Assembly (NCBI GenBank): GCA_964247055.1
Contig: OZ176051.1
Location: forward strand, 4,836,001 to 4,900,000
Source: Paragordius varius
Lineage: Eukaryota; Animalia; Nematomorpha
Reading direction: 5' to 3'
DNA: 64,000 nucleotides
The position numbers were made by a program, and so were the translations under genes. The notes beneath the pieces were generated by a model that saw nothing but the letters and a program-made list of their open reading frames with translations, made no database searches and had not been told where the DNA came from. The first letter of the stretch is position 1; each line of letters starts with the position of its first letter. Positions 62,811 to 64,000 of this stretch are shown piece by piece.

Positions 62811-63382
62811 CACTTGGATACAACACATTGATTTTAGTCCTTCGATTCAAATTGGGGTAGTTAAATACCCCACGCCTGTTTAAAATATTCCTAAAAAAGA
62901 TGGAAGGAATCGAAACCATTGCAAAATCTTGCACTAATATAACATGAATAAATCGTAGTATATAAAAAATTTTATTCAAAAATACTTCATATTACTTATT
63001 TTAAGCTAAAACCGAAAGGTAAAAATTTAGTCAACGTGACATGTGTCCAATGGTAAAATTAAAAAATAATACAAAATAAACCGCTTTTTCCATTTCTAAC
63101 AATATTAGATGTAATTTAATAAAAAATTAGCTATGATTTTACCCTTAAAATTAAATGAAGACAATATTTTGCAAAAATATGTAAAATAAAAATGGCGGCC
63201 AAGAAGTTTGACATGGAACTTTTTTTCCAAAACAAAATTTTATTTAGATATTTTGCCATATTTATACATATATTACTAGGATAGAAGCATAAATTTAAAT
63301 TGGGACCGTTTCCTTCAGTAGTTTTTTAAAAATTTCAATTTAAATATTGCCTGGGGTAGATACCCCAATTTGAATCGAAGTG
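62811..63382 (+). mobile_element. Intact solo TTAA-MITE, 572 bp
   Basis: TTAA at 62807-62810 and 63383-63386; CACTT...AAGTG ends; asymmetric subterminal repeat CTTCGATTCAAATTGGGGTA. Confidence 0.88.
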
Positions 63383-63449
63383 TTAATTATTTTATTATAA
63401 GTTATAATGAAAAGGCGCCATTGCAAATATCTTGATGAAATGTTAATTT

Positions 63450-64000
63450 AGAAGTCTGATGGCGCTTTTGGTTTGAGCTTACAAGTGTTATTAGAATTTA
63501 TTTATAATTTTGTCTTAAGCGTTCTATACAAGAAAACGGCAAATTTTGAGCACATTTTTGTAATAAAATTTTGAAAAATGCTTTTAATAAAAAATATCAC
63601 CAAATTCATAAACTACATATAAAAAGTGAAATAATATTTTTAAAAAATTAAATTTTATGATTGGGGCTCCAAAGCCCCAATCGCTCTTCTAAAATAAGCA
63701 GGTTTTGTTAATAGAAATGTAAACATATGAAACATTTTTTCTATATAATTTGATAATGCTAAACGTTTCTATCACCTCAAATTTATTTAAGCTTCTTTAG
63801 AGCTTAGGTGAATTATTGTGAAAAACACACGAATGAAAGTTTTATCAAAATTTTGAGGTGATAGAAACGTTAAAGATTAAGAAATAATATTAAAAAAGTG
63901 TATATGTATTCATTATAATACTGTTTCCATAATGGCTCAAAATCATGTAAAAGTACGCTTCAACAAAATCTTACAAATTTACGAAAAAGTATGTTATTTT
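63450..64000. repeat. Foldback repeat family copy, runs off the window
   Basis: Perfect 20-bp inverted repeat aacgtttctatcacctcaaa / tttgaggtgatagaaacgtt; aagtacgcttcaacaaaat shared with ~10060. Confidence 0.55.

Overview
Very AT-rich, intron-containing eukaryotic DNA. Collagen/olfactomedin and M1 peptidase genes point to an invertebrate animal; the lineage cannot be fixed from sequence alone. Six spliced genes were reconstructed by hand: UNC-50 (+, 2.5-4.4 kb); a type II transmembrane collagen-olfactomedin (colmedin/gliomedin-like, -, 6.5-14.9 kb); PRMT1 (-, 16.9-19.8 kb); a small MLH3-like gene that appears to encode only the C-terminal endonuclease domain (+, 19.9-20.8 kb, head-to-head with PRMT1 and missed by the ORF track because of tiny introns); and two tandem M1 aminopeptidase N-like paralogs (-, 22.7-36.5 kb and 41.4-58.8 kb). 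Many introns are only 23-31 nt, while several of the long introns are long because of transposons. Mobile DNA includes an intact, very young Ty3/Gypsy element with identical LTRs, a full-length decayed RTE LINE, an inverted RTE relic, a hAT MITE with an 8-bp TSD, a TTAA-targeting MITE nested in itself, a 21-bp-repeat MITE family, foldback repeats and a tRNA-derived SINE. Exon boundaries are manual inferences, not transcript-verified.
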